Source: Amoebophrya sp. A120
Taxonomy: Eukaryota; Protista; Dinoflagellata
Direction of reading: 5' to 3'
Length of the DNA: 64,000 nt
Assembly: GCA_905178155.1 (NCBI GenBank)
Contig: CAJINV010000004.1
Span: 2,184,391 to 2,248,390 of the forward strand
The notes beneath the pieces are model-generated. The model saw nothing but the letters and a program-made list of their open reading frames with translations. It ran no database searches and was not told the DNA's origin. Below, one piece after another: positions 9,764 through 23,800 of this stretch. Made by a program: the position numbers and the translations under genes. The stretch's first letter is position 1. Every line of letters starts with the position of its first letter.

Positions 9764-12342
9764 ATGTCCGCGCACGAGCGCCGCCTACACCGGGCGCGCG
9801 GCGAATCCGACGAGACGGCGCCACCTGACCGCGGAAGAGCGGACCACCGGTCCCCGCCGCAATTCTCGCGGCCGATCGACTCCGCGCGGGATCTTGTGCA
9901 GCTTGTGCACGAACAGGACGTCGGTGGCGCGAGCCCGCTTCTTCCCCCCGCGGACCCGGTGAGTACGCTCCCGGCCCATGGTGCAGCGCACTGGACCGAG
10001 TCGAACTGCGAGCTGTTTTTTGATCTGGTTTACGTGGTGATGATCCACATCGTGACCAAACCCCTGGAGAAAGCGGAAGGGGCCGTCGTCGGCCTGCCCT
10101 GGTTGCACGTCATTCTCCAGACCACCACGATGTGGTTTTTGTGGAGCCTGGTTTCCGACTACGCCATCCTGGTGCGGTCGTACCGACGGCGCGGGAAACG
10201 AACGGACCCCGCGACGGCCGCGGCCGAAGGAGTGGTCCTTGACGGTGGCACCACTGGAATCTCTGAAACAAGCACTTCGCCAACGAGCACCGAGGTTTGT
10301 TCGTCAAGCAAACCCAGTTTCGACTGGGCGGCCGAAGGCGTGATCCTGCTCGCGATGGTCTGCTCGGCGCTGATGGCCCGGGCGAGCGCGGAAAACCTGG
10401 TGGCCTTCGTGGGGTGGTACCTCGTTGGGCAGGTCATCACCATCTCGGCCTACGGCTTTGTCACCTGCAAACGGCAGTTTATCGCGGTGGAAGGGGTATC
10501 TAATTACAAGTTGTGACTTGCAAAATGTCGATGTGCGATGTCGGGTTTGCTATTTTTTTTGCTGAAAATTTGTTTTCCGATAGCAAAATAACAACGTCGC
10601 CAGAAGCGAGACGCTTTTTGGTAAGTTTATCCTTCTTTCAGGACGGCGGTAGCATTGCCGCGCTCACCGAGGACACGCTAAAAAAGTCGACTTTCGCGTA
10701 CGCGGTGCTCGCCGCGCTCGACGCCGCGCTTCTGCTCCCGGTTGCATTGTTGCTAGACAGCGTCGCGTCGCAGCTTGATGAAATTGTCGCGGGAGCAACT
10801 GGTGGCTCCTTCTTCGGGGCGGGAGAGAAGCGAAGTTTTTCGAAATTGACGCATGAACAACTTTCGCCTTTTACAAAGCGTGTCTTCACGCCGGGACGAC
10901 GAGCCGCGCAGGACGACGAAAATGGAGGGTCCCCGTTCTCGTCTCTCGAACGCAACCCCCGCGCTCACCTGGGTCTCGCGATTTGGAGCATGCAAACGGT
11001 GGCGAAAGTGCTGTGGGTGCTGTTCGCGAACTTTGCGCTGGAAAACGTGTATCCGAGCTTGGACATCTGCCTGAACCAGTTCCGGGCGACGCTGAAAATT
11101 TGGCAGGAGCGCTTTCAGCTCGTGGTGTTGATCTGCCTGGGCGAGGTCATCGCCTCCGCCTGCAACAGTCAAGCTCATTCCAACGTGGGAGTAGGGGAAG
11201 AAGCTGAAGACGACCAACCAATTCTACCACTGCAGAAAAACGGACATCCGCACCGCGGCGAGGATTCGTTCTGGCTACTGTCGTCTTTTTCCACTTTCAA
11301 CACGATCTCGTTCTCCGCCATCGTGATGGCAATTGCGTTATCCTGGGGAAAAACGTCCCCATCCCATACTTGTCATGCAAATCCGCATGGTTGAAATGTT
11401 GCACATGCGCAGCCACTTCGAGAGGCAAAATACTCTAGTGGTATTGTGGCATTATTTTTCATGCTAGAAGCAGGATAAGCTGCTCGATTTCTCATGCAGC
11501 TGCACTAGCTAAAGACGACGAGGACACTACGAGCCCAATGCTGTCATGCGCAAATCACACAATAAAATAATTATGTGGTTTGTGCACGACATACAAGAAT
11601 ATCCCCAATTTGAGTATGGGACGTGTCTCCCCCGTTTTTCCTCCGGATATGCGTGTTTCCTGCTGCACTTCGCTACGAGCCCCGAACACTGGGTGCCCCC
11701 GGGCGAACGGAGGTTCCTCCTGTTCGGCGTGGAGGCTTTCTTGACGGTCGTCATAACCTGTGGATTGGCCGCGATGGGGGCGGCCTTCGCGCGGTTGTTG
11801 GAAGGTGGCGAAGGAAAAGGCAGTTGGGGACGAAAAGAAGGACCGCCTGCGGAGGACCGCAATTGCGGCGACGATGAGATGAAAAACTTGCATAGGAAAA
11901 GCAAATTTGTCAGGTTCTGGAAAGTTGCGATGCAAAAGTCGGTCAGCTAGTTTTGTGGGCGTGTGCATTACAATATGCAGCCGAGAAGAAGCATGACAAG
12001 ATCTGGACCTGCTATGTGCTGCGGATAATTCCATGTGAAAAACTGCGTATGTTCATCCCAGAACGACGCTACCCACAGGAGAATAGATCTTTTCATCTTC
12101 CCGATGCGTCGCAAAGCTCAGAGTCATGCCAGACACGCATGACCACTTTCGCAATCATCTTCCACACGACCCAGACATCATTTTTGTCGGATGCATATTG
12201 CAGTCGGTGACGCTTCTCTTCCTCTCCACCGCCCTTTTCCTGACCGGTTCCGGGTTTATAACCCTTTTAGGGAAGCAGGAGCCAAAACCGCAACTGATAG
12301 CTGCACGCGACCGCGATGCATTGGAGCCACAAAGCAGGACCC
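9764..12342 (+). CDS. Low-temperature-requirement A (LtrA)-family membrane protein, apparently 3'-truncated
   Basis: Motifs ELFFDLVYV and ERFQLVVLICLGE. One GT-AG intron (10496-10641) and two TIR introns (11339-11649, 11893-12197); the frame then runs into the 45-nt junction motif. Confidence 0.7.
11339..11649. mobile_element. TIR introner (TATCCTG...family)
   Basis: TSD TGCGT; removal gives ...MAIA|CFLLHF. Confidence 0.85.
11893..12197. mobile_element. Degenerate TIR introner (GTCTGGGTCTGGAA family)
   Basis: TSD TTGCA; removal gives MKNL|QSVTLLF. Confidence 0.75.
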
Positions 12343-13018
12343 GAACACCTACCGAAGCTGGTGCACGACGACCCACGGTTGTACTAGGGTACGTTTCCGA
12401 ATCACGCACCCAGCCCAAGAATCACGCACCTGAATCACGCACCCACGCACCTCAGAACCAGCGCACCCAGTTCGGTGATGTTTATCCATTGAAATAGTTA
12501 GGAACACACTACGCAATGAAGCACGCACCCGTCGCGCCAAACACACGCACGCACCTGCCGCACCCACCAGGCTGACGCTGAAATGGGACTGACTTCTCTG
12601 AAAGTGAAACTGAATCAAGTAAGTGCATAACATTTGTGGGCAGTTTCTATTTCATCTAGATCTATTTCTATGCTCATATCGCGGAGTCCATGAAGACAAC
12701 TCCGTCGTGCTGTTCGGGTAGCAGGGACAACAACTATTTTTTCCACCATACCCCCTGATGAACGAAGAACCCAAGTCGGACTACGAGCAGCTCATTATGT
12801 ATGGAGCTGCCAGGATCGAAATTGTCAAAAGCGAATTGAGCTGCCAGGACCAAATTGGGCTGAACATCACGGAAACGCTCGCGGACGTATCAAATGCAAA
12901 AATGTCTGGGTCTGGAAGAAGAATGCTACTTGTGATGCTGTATTTGGATTCCAAAAAAATCTGTATTGCATGAGCAGCAAAGGGAATGCGTTTTTTGCTA
13001 GTACGCGGACAGGGCGGT

Positions 13019-13342
13019 GCGCCACCTGCAGGAGGTGCCACTGCAAATAATGCAGCCACCCCTTCTCCGGACCAGCCCTTCTTCACGCCACCGGAAAGCA
13101 GTGAACAGGAGGAAATCGAGAAGGAAGTGGATAATCTGCTCGGTGGAGGAAACAGCGCTAACGTGGCTAAGGAACAAAAAGACGTCCAGCAAGCGACCAC
13201 AACATCTCTCGTCTACCACCCCGATGTGCCAAAAAACTCCAGACTTGCGCTTGCTTTCCCTGTGGTTACCTCGAAAAAGAACGTGAGCAGGCACATCCTT
13301 CTATGCAATACATCAAATTTTCTTGTCACGTACAAAATCAAA
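13019..13342 (+). pseudogene. Fragment of an MSP (major sperm protein/VAP-like) domain gene
   Basis: LAFP...ILLCNTSNFLVTYKIKT resembles the MSP N-x-S...FKVKT motif. Preceded by a half introner (12888-~13018) and cut by the 45-nt motif. Confidence 0.5.
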
Positions 13343-13415
13343 ACCGAAGCTGGTGCACGACGACCCACGGTTGTACTAGCGAGCCATTCAGTTCCACCTG
13401 CGGGACGAGACGGGG

Positions 13416-13671
13416 TGTCAAGTGTAAAAATGTCTGGGTCTGAAAGATTGCTAATTGTGATGCTGAATTTGGATTCCTTAAAAATCTGTATTGCATCAGC
13501 AGCAAAGGGAATGCAAATCTTGCTACGCGGAGAGGGCGGCATTTGTCATGCCGAATGGGCATCGTGAAGCCCTCAAAAAATCTGTGATGCTAGGGCATGC
13601 ATCATGGCCAATGCAAAACATGCCTGACAAGTCTCAGAATCTTCCAGACCCAGACATTTTTACATTTGATA
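13416..13671. mobile_element. TIR introner inside an orphan gene fragment
   Basis: TIRs; TSD CGGGG/CGAGG. Confidence 0.8.
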
Positions 13672-14862
13672 CGAGGTCGCTGAATGCGATTTGCCGCGGA
13701 CCTACCGCCACCTCGCTTCTCTCGGAATTTTTGAAGGAACAGACCGCCGATTTTTGCAAAGATTTTCATTTTCGGCGCCGGGAAGCTGTAGCGGGATGGT
13801 CTGTGCGTCTCTCGTTTGGCCCGAAATGGGTCTTCGACGAAGAAGACGGATGGACGACCATGATATGCGAGGCCAAACGCGGGCTCATGTGGCCTCTCAA
13901 TGCCACTATCCTGTGCAAATGCTTTTGGGTCTGGAAACTTGTAGTGCTTGGCTGAGAATAGTACCTGAGCGCTGAAAATGGTGATCATTTTGATTTTCGG
14001 TGTCAATGAACAAGATTTGTTTCAATGAACTACATTTATTTCAACGAACTGCTCGCAGATCAAAAAAAAAGAAAACTACCAACAAGCTGCAAATGAACAA
14101 GATGCGTCCAGAACACCTACCGAAGCTGGTGCACGACGACCCACGGTTGTACTAGCAACGAGAACCTCACGGCGCTTCAGATCGAGTTTGCGGTGGGTAA
14201 AGCGCGTTTTTTCTTCACACAAGACGCGCGGGCTTGTGCGGTTGCTGGTGGGAGCGGGCATGGGGTGTTTGCCCTACACGAACCATTGGTCTCCGGTAAG
14301 TTTCGAGGAAATTTCGCACGACAAGCGAGCCGCCGCCAGTTGCCTGGCCGTTGTGGTTTTCTCGCTGGCCGCAGTCGAGGTGGCGGTCGTCTGAAGTTGG
14401 CAGGGAGAAAGAATACGTACAAACAGTATCACTTTTTGCGAGCACTTCTAGGATGTAGCGAAGAAAAGAATGTTCTTCGTTCATGCACACTAGTACCAGG
14501 AGGAGCAGCTCTACTGAGAATTGCAATTTTATGCGTACACCGCGAACAAGACTTTCTCGCACTTTTCACCGGCGTACTACTGGGTCGCCTGTTTGCGGCC
14601 CCGCGCCGAAGTTCCCAGCGGGAACGGCGTCATTCTTGAGGTTTCTACATGATGTGCTGCTACAACACCAGCATGGTGGAAAGACGTGTCGAGAGGGGCG
14701 CGCGGAACGCCGGCAAGTTTGTCGCTGAGAAAAATTTGACATGATTACAATTCCTGTTTCGGCATTCACTGTGCAGCAACAGGGAATAATGAAACAAATT
14801 AAAGTCCGGGTCGTGTGAATGGGTAGAAGCAGTTCATACCTTATGTCTATGTGACGAACAAG

Positions 14863-17800
14863 ATGGCTTTTTTCTCGGCTGGTGAACCCGGCGGAAGAAG
14901 GGCCGGGAGGCTGGATATGAGAGTTGTGCACAGCCCCCAATTGATTATCTCATGTGAAGGGCATGAGCAGCATCACATGGTCTGTGGCACAGACCACGAC
15001 TTGCAAAATGTAGCGCCTGCGTGACAATAAATCCACGCATGGGGGCGACTGCAGTGCGGAGTATTAGGTTGCTGAAAGTTGTCATGCAGAATGAAAATAG
15101 TGCTCAGAGGCAGTATGCAGAGTTGTGTTTCTTTTTGCGTGACAAATGAGGAAGAGGGGAGCTGTGCACGCTCATACGGGATTCCAGAGATTTGAAAGCT
15201 GGCTCCGTGGTCTCAGACCTCAACGGCTACTATGATTCGTAGGCAAGCGAAACGCTGCGTCGAGATGTCGAGCTGCGAAGCCTCAACCGCTTAAATTTTG
15301 GCTGAATGGAGCTGCGAAGCACTTACGCTTAAGCGAAACACAGCGAAACACTTAGGCGAAGAATTCAGACGAAGCACTTAAGCGAACCACTTAAGCGAAA
15401 CACTTTTTTAGCGAAGCACTTAAGCGAACCACTTAAGCGAAACACTTCAGCGAAACGCTTACGCGAAACGCTTAAGCGAAACGCTTAAGCGAAACGCTTA
15501 AGCAAAACGCTTACGCGAAACGCTTAAGCGAAACGCTTAAGCGAAACGCTTACGCGAAGCCCTTAAGCGAAGCACTTAAGCGAAGAACTCGAGCGAAGCA
15601 TCACTTAAGCGAAGCACTACTTAAGCGAAGCACTACTTAAGCGAAGCACTACTTAAGCACTACTTAGGCGAGGCACTACTTAGGCGAGGCACTACCTAGG
15701 CGAGGCACAACCTAGGCGAGGTACTAAGTAGGCGAGGCACTACTTAGGCGAGGCACTACCTAGGCGAGGCACAACCTAGGCGAGGTACTAAGTAGGCGAG
15801 GCACTACTTAGGCGAGGCACTACCTAGGCAAGGCACTACTTAGGCGAGGCACTAGCTAAGCGCAGCACCGCTTGCGCGGGGCAGTACTCCGGCGACGCAC
15901 TACTTAGCCGAGGCAAGACTTAGCCGAGGCACTACGTAGGCGAAGCATTACTTAAGCGACGCACTACTTAGGCGAGGCAATACTGAAGCGAAGCACTGCT
16001 TAGGCGAAGCACTGCTTACGCCAAGCACTGCCTAGGCGAAGCACTTCTTACGCCAAGCACTTTAGGCGCCACCTCCGGCGGGTTTTCAAGCAATCGCTGT
16101 GCCCGGAAGTAGCGCACGAGTGCGGCTGCTTGGACGCGATGCAGCCACTCTTGTTAGTAGAGCCGTTATTTCGGCCACAACACAAAGCCTTTATTTAGTT
16201 TCCACGGTGATTGACGCAGCGCTTTCCCTGCATACAGGCCAGAACATCATTGCAGTAAGGCCAGAACACCTCCAGAGCGGAACCACGTCCGGCCACGTTT
16301 TGAGCTGCATTCTGCACCACAGCGCCAACCACGAGGGGGGCGCGGGCTTGACGTTGTGCTCGACGCGGAGCGAGGACGGAGGGAAGACCTGGTCGGCGCT
16401 GAAGCTATCAAGTGCAAAAATGTCTGGGTCTGGAAAAGTGTAAGCTTGTCATGCGGATCTTTTTATGATCCATGTCGTCTGGAATGCGGGACTTAGCATG
16501 ACAGATTTTGTGAGATCCCTATCAAGCCTATCCTGCAGGAGAAACTCCCTTTTCCATCTTGGTCAAACGTGGACAGCTTTTGGCACTCATGCAACACAGA
16601 TTTTTGCATGCTTCAGATCTACCATGACAAGTTGCCACCTTCCAGACCCAGACATATTTGCAATTGATAGAAGCCGGTGGAAGACAATGAGACGCAGTCC
16701 CACGATGGGTGCCAGCTCCTCGTTGGGAACTATCCTATGTAAAAACGTCTCCACCCCATAGTCAAGATAGGGAATCGGCTAGACAAATCTACAAGTTTTG
16801 GCTGTTTTGCATGCCAAATTTGGACTCGTATTTTAGTGCGGTTTGAGGTAGTTCAGCCGCATCACATATACCATACGGATTGGAGCATGACAAATTTCAA
16901 AACGCGAATAGAAAACGCTTTTCGTGGGGCTTCGCATGAGAGACATTATCAGCATGCAGATTTGCATTACGGCTAGGAGGCGGGGATGTTTTTGAATACG
17001 ATAGGAACCGCATTTACCTCTTCTATGGCTGGAACCCGGGGAGCCAACCACCACCCCGGCCTGTGCAGCAACAGGAAGTCGTGCTATCCTGTGCAAAAGT
17101 ATAGTCTGATGGGAATTGTACTACTCGGCGCAAGGAACATCATGTGTGAGAAAAACAGGGTCCAAAGAAAATTAGGACCACGGCCTATTTTGGAAAAACT
17201 CGAGCAACTCAGTATGCAAAAATCGCACTAGAGTGGAATGAAAATGCTTTTACAGTCCATAGCCAGCACAGGAAGCGGACACCTTCACGACAAAACTCTC
17301 GCGGACGGATATGCAAGCAGACCAGGGCTTTTGGATATCAATCTGAAATAATTCGACGGGGGCTGGATAGGAAGAGCATGAAAATTACTCTGATGCTGAC
17401 TCTTCTTGGATGACAGCGTGCACAGAAATAAGGACGGATGATTAAGGCCGCCTGCTGCGCCGGATTGATAGATTCGTAAATTGTGTCACAGAATCGCTTC
17501 CTGCATGGCAGAGAAAATTTACTTATCCATAGGTCGTGTGATCCCTAATCCAGACGACCTAGGCGTTTTTACATTTGCAATGCATACTGGATGAAGTGGA
17601 GCGACAATTTCGGGGAGACCTTCGACTGCCCCGGGATCCCCGGCGAGCGCGTGGCAATCCCCCTACCCCGCACCTCAATTGACATCGCGAACCCGTGGCA
17701 GGGTAAGCCGACCATTGGCGCGTTTTGCTGCGACAAGCCGCAGCTGCTGGACGGCCAGTGCTTCTTCGCGTTTCAAAAAACGCGCGACGGGAACGGGGAA

Positions 17801-20800
17801 TCCTACGGGAGCGAGGCCTTCGTGTTGCGGTGCGAAAATTTTCTACACCTCCACCAGAACAACCAGATTCAGAACGCGGTGTTCCAATTGCTTCCCGGAA
17901 GGAGCGACGAGAGCGCAGTGCCAGCGGGTGTGGCAGCAGCTGGTGTGGGCGAAGATAGTACAGCAAAAGTAATATCTACTTCGCCGTCGACGACGGCCGC
18001 GGCGGAACAACTTTGTACCGCCCAGATCACCTCCGGTCTCCAAACCCCGCGGGGGTTGCTCCTGGGCGAGGAGGCACACGTGCTGCAAATCCGGGGAAGC
18101 GAGCTGCTGATCTTCTGGCGTACCGAGCTCGGCTTTTTGGACAGCTGCATATGCATTGCAAATATGTCTGGGTCTGGAAGGTTGGAACTTGTGGTGCGGA
18201 TTATGGAATAGGCAAAAATTTGTATTGCATGATCGCCAAAAGCTGGCCACTTCGTGCTACGCAAATTGTGAATTTCTCATGCAGGATAGGTATCAGATGG
18301 CCTGCGCAAAACTTAAATTACAGACCATTTGCATATATCCAAAGGATGCATGACAAGCAAGGGCCTGGACCAAGACATATTTGCATTTGATACTGCACTT
18401 CGACAGACTACGGGACCACGTGGGATCTTCGCAGGAGCGCTGGACAAGGCGAAGTTCTTGTCGGGCGACAAAATATTTTTAAGGGGGACGTCAAAATAGA
18501 TTCTGCGGGTAAAAATGGCGGTGATGTCTCGCCTCTGGTGTTCGACCAGGAGCTGGAAGCTAAGGTCGAAAATTCTACTTCTTTCAATTCGCAACGGAAC
18601 GAGCAGTTATCAAATGCAGAAGTGTCTGGGTCTGGAAGGGTCGGGGCTTGCCATGCACATTTTGCATGACCCGTAGGGTCTGTGATGCTGGTGCTAGCAT
18701 CACAGATTTTTTGAGAGCTTCTTGATGCTAATTACGCATCAGGAATGCCCTCTCCGCGTGCCAAACACGGACTCCTCTTGCTGCTCATGCAACACAGATA
18801 TTTTTAGAATCCGCAGACGGCATTACAAGTTCTACTCTTCTAGACCCAGTAGACATATTTGCAATCCATAGCAGCTGCTGGCCGACAAAACGCTGAACGG
18901 GCTGAGCCTATGAATTGCAAAAGTATCGTACTAGTAGTAATTGCAATACAAATTCGCTCAGCATGACGAATGGAATTTGTCATGCTGGTTTGCTTTGGCA
19001 GCGAGGTTTGTAATGCATACATGCAATTACTACGAGTGCGATACTTTTGCACAGGATAGAGCCAGCGCGTCGCCAATTCCTTCGCCGCGAACGTCGCCGA
19101 GTATTTGGAATCGGAGGAGTATTTATCAAATGCAAATACTCATCTGGGTTGCGAAAGAAGTTGTGGCCATGCTAACGTAGGATCTGTACTAGTGCTTAAC
19201 CCGCAAGACAGATCCTTGAGTTATTTGTGCATGGTGCTAGACGTGCAGCGCTAGTATTGCAAAACAGTAAACAGACACTCTCGACCGACATAGAGATTTC
19301 ACTTCAGCATGATTTCCTTACATGATCGAACAACAAACTTTGGACACTTGTTCCACGACAGCGAGCCGGACCTCCATTCGCATTTGATACTATTTCGTCA
19401 AAATTTCATCAAGCCATAACGTGATCCGTAACCCGCGGGGCGCCATCACCCCGCTTCAGATGTCGGACGGCTTTCACTGTCTTATCATACAGCAGAAAAA
19501 TAGCATGCAGGGCATGTTTGTAGTGCAAAAAATGGCTAGCAGAAAAACCTGTCATGGGCCAGCCCATCGAATGCTGTTTAGATAGAATGCGCTACGTAGA
19601 TCATTTTGTGTATATGTTTTCGCATTACAGGTTGGATCGATGCCCTGCCTGCTTTTTTCAATGGGATATGTCTGCTCTACTACAACAACGGGCGGACGGA
19701 CCGGCTGGGCTACGTCGGCCGTTTAGTCTACTGGCTGATCGTGGGGAAAGCGGTACCCCAAAGCCGCGCCCCAGTGGTGAACCGGGTGGAGCATCATGGT
19801 GAGGAAGCGAACGTATCTGCGAAGCACCAGCAGACGGCTTGTTCCCACTACATTAAGTGGTCGCAGCCGGAAACTTGCCTCTATTGGGACGGGGTCTGTC
19901 TTGACGACCGGGAAGAATGGAACGATATCCACTGCAAGAATTTTTGTCTGGCTCTGGAATAAATTTGTGTTGCTGATAGACACTTGTATTGCAGAGTGGC
20001 GGCATGTGCGGCATGACAGCTGCATCAGAAAAGTTGCGTAGCTTCTTGCAAATTCATCCGGAAATGGGATAAAGGTAGCAAATAACTCCCTTCCAGTACG
20101 ACAAAAAAGCTGCGCACATCTCTTATCCGTGCATTACAGATCTTGTTGTCCTTCAAATTTAGCATCACAGATCCAGACCTGGGCATATTTGCAATGCACA
20201 AACGAGGACTGGGCGATCGTCGACGGCCCGGGGTACGCGGACTTCCAGGAACTAACGCAGCTTTCCTCCTTATCCAGTGTAGAAGCGCCGCCCACGCCCC
20301 TTATTTCTCATGCAAACCCGTAAACCCAAGCTGTTTTCTCTTTATCATGCGCAGCCCCATCTCGTAAAGCAATTTCTCATGCTATCGGGGGCTCTTCATG
20401 GAAAAATGAGGATGATGTGGTCCATTTCTTTTGCGGCTGCACTAGCTAAACCTGATCAACAAGAACACATTACTGCCCTAGACTTGTCATGCGCAACATC
20501 CAAAACTTGTTGACATCTGTGTAGCAAAATATTACTTCCCATTGTCTTGACTCCAGGGCACAGAGAGACGTTTTTCCACAGGATGCCCCTCTCACCTGAT
20601 TCTCGTGGAGTCCAACAAGCTATGAAAGTGCACAACTCCCCCTCCCCCTCATTTGTCATGCGAAACGACAAATCCACCCTTTGCCTGTTAGTACTGTTTG
20701 CATGACAGATTCCGGAATCCGAAACAGCACTACAATCCCTTAGGAATTTGTCATGCAAAAGCTGCATCTTTGCCAGCGCTTGTGTTGCTGTTCATGCAAC

Positions 20801-23800
20801 ACAACTGAGGGGGAGGGGGAGTTGTGCACTGTCATACAAGCTTACGGTCCGCTACCACGAGGTCGATCCATACTTGGTGAGGTGCATGAAGAGCCAGCTG
20901 ATGATATCCTGAGTAAAAACGTCCCCACACCAGAGTTGTAATGCAGATTTGCAAAGACGGGAAGACTTGTAATGCGCATCCCCATGAGAGCCGTTTCCAA
21001 TCGTGTATTGGAATTTGTGATGCTGTGAACAGGGTGAGCAGATGAATCTGTGATGCGGCTGCACTTGCAAACCTGCACTACACTGCGGGGTGCAACTTGT
21101 CATGCGTGACTCCCAAAACTCCTAGGCTTGTGTTGCAAAATCCCCATCCTGACTCTGGTGTGGGTACGTTTTTCCTCAGGATAGATGGAGGGCAGCGAGG
21201 GAGAAAAGGCAGATGGTACTATCACCGCCGAACGAGACCACGCGATAACGCGTTCCTGTGTGAAGTATCAAATGAACGCAAATTTCGTGTCTGGGTCTGG
21301 AACGCCAACACTGCGGGAGTTTGCCGTGCAGCTTTTTTAAAGCGAGACCCCAAGGTGCTGTCATCTGGAATAAAACACCTAGGTAGCATCTTCTTCTCAG
21401 GTTTTTTACGCAGGATGCTTTGTCAGGCCTATTTTGCATATTAGATATGTATCCCTTCATCTTCTCGACAACAAGTGCAGAAGTGCATGTTGGTGCTCAA
21501 CAGCAACATGCAAGAGAAATTATGTCCGTGCCAACTTCCCGCCGGGCTCGCGTCACGAGCTTGCATCCTTCCAGACAACTCATAAGACAGTGTTTGCAAT
21601 GCATAAGAAGAAGTGGATAAAAACCAGTGCGACGAACACGACGGAAGACGTGGGTAAAAACCGTGCGGGTGAGGTATCAACTGCAAATATGTCTGGGTCT
21701 GGAAGGGTGTAAACTTGTCATGCAGGTTTTCCATGACCCATGAGGTCTGGCATGCGGGACCTAGCATGACAGAGTCTGTGAGGTCTCTGTCATGCCTATC
21801 CAGCATGAGAAACCCCCTCCCAACTTGTTCGAAAGTGGACAGCTTTTGGCAGTCATGCAACACAGATTTTTGCATGATTCGGCTTTAGCATGACAAGTTG
21901 CAATCTTCCAGCCCCAGACATTTTTGCGATTCATATGAGGAAGAAAATACCAATACTAGCCTCCATCTTCGCTGTCCGGTGCTGCCTGATCTACGTGCCG
22001 GGGGCGGTTTCAGTGTGCGCATCGCGGTGGCGACGAGCAGTCTTTTTGATCCAAGCATGATATCAAAAGGGAAAATTCCCCCACCCCATACTTAAGCTAG
22101 AAATTTGTGGTGCTGTATTTGAGTAAGTACACAAATCAGCTTTGTCATGCTAGAAGGGAAAAGATGCGGACTATAATGCTGGTTGGCGTGGTAAAGCGTT
22201 GCGTCTTCAGCATGACAGGGGGCAGCTGGAAGTGGGAAACAGCATTACAAATTGCCTACAAACGAGGCCACAGCTGTGTCTCTTGGCCTTCTAGCATTAC
22301 AAACCGATTTGTGTACTCAAATACAGCATGACAAATCCCGTTTTCGATATGGGGAGGGGGGATTTTTCCTTTTGATACATGACCTCCAGTACTTATTATA
22401 CCAGCGCGGGTGCGCAGCTGTCGAAGGCCGGCCCCGAAGAAGAAGAAGAAGATATCCCACGAAAAAACTGCTTCACTGTGATGATATTGCAAGATCTGCA
22501 TCACAAGTTGAAGAATGCAGGCCAAGTTTTCTTTGTCATGTGTAGCAAGACAAACACACTTGCGTGCCGTTCTATGCATCACAAGTTTACAGTGAGGCAG
22601 TTTTTTCTTGCGGTAGAAGACCCAGACCTGCTAATCGACGGCCTGACCACGGCGTCGGCGGCCCTGGACGAGCCGTGCGAAGAGGGGGCCGTGATTCGAA
22701 AAGGGTTCACGTATGGGTTGCAAATAGAAGACGTGGGTCCGGAAAGATGAATATTGTGATGCTAGTACGTGCATGAAGGACAAGGATTATGAAAGACCGA
22801 CTCCAGCACTCCGCCATGCAGGGGAAATTTCTGAGCGGTTTCGTCATGATCCGCATAAGCATTCGCGTTTTTTGCATGAGAGAGAGAGAGAGACATCAGC
22901 GCTACTCCGTGGCATGCACGCAGCACAAAGTCCTCGCTCAGGGGCAATATACGGACTCGGCATTGCGAGCCTGGTATTTTTATCCTTCCCGGCGACCCAA
23001 ATCGATATTTGCAATGCGTGTCGCTATCAAGAGGACCAAACGAAAAATCATCTTCCACCTTACCGACGGACTCAAGCTGCGATTTGACTTCGCGATCGAC
23101 CTGTATCCGACAGAAAAAAGCTGGCGGGACATATTTGTAATGCAAAAATAAATACACAAAAAAATCTGTATTGCATATCCGAAACAGAATGCTATGGGGC
23201 CACCCATGGCAAGTTTTTCTGCGTGTTTATTTTTGCATTACAAATATTCCCTGCCAGCTTTTCTCTGTGTGATAAGCTGCAAAGTTTGACCGCGGGCAAG
23301 AACAATGCCGAGTTTTACGAAATCTTTGCGGACGAGAAAAACGTGTTAAGTGCCTCCACCTCATCTCCGAGACTGACTTCCTTCTGCTTCACTTTCGACG
23401 GGGGCCCGAAGGTGGCCAGCTGCGTGGTAAACAAGAGGCTGTTATTGACTGCAAACAAAAACATGTAGTTTTGGTGGTCTCCTGAAAGTAAGTTGTTGTC
23501 ATGATAATCGGCGCTATGCAGGCATGAGAAGTTGCTGAGCAGCTATAGATTCATAACTTCGTGTTGGCGGCACCATAGTTCGCAGATGTCAGAAAAATGC
23601 ACCGGCTTCTTGTGGACATGCGTCACAAACTTTTGCGTCGTGCTCATGTAGTTCTTGGACGGCAGCATCTAGAACCAGGCTACAACTGCAAATTCTTACA
23701 GTGCATAGAAGTACAACCAGGCGCCCTGCGGGTGGGAGTTTTTTCCGCGGGACTTCGGGGAGATCGGTGGCGCGGATGTAGAGATCGTGAAAAGAGACGG

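Larger units (their letters stand above)
12343..14155 (+). repeat. Three dispersed copies of a 45-nt motif GAACACCTACCGAAGCTGGTGCACGACGACCCACGGTTGTACTAG (12343-12387; 13343-13379, 5'-truncated; 14111-14155)
   Basis: Identical sequence over the shared span in three unrelated contexts. Confidence 0.9.

Noticed and set aside
12343-14155. 45-nt repeats (and recurring TIRs) as a CRISPR array
   Set aside because: Spacing of ~770-1000 bp, only three copies, no cas genes, eukaryotic context.
15310-16070. Telomeric repeat (TTAGG-containing units)
   Set aside because: Units are 13-16 bp, degenerate and internal to an intron.
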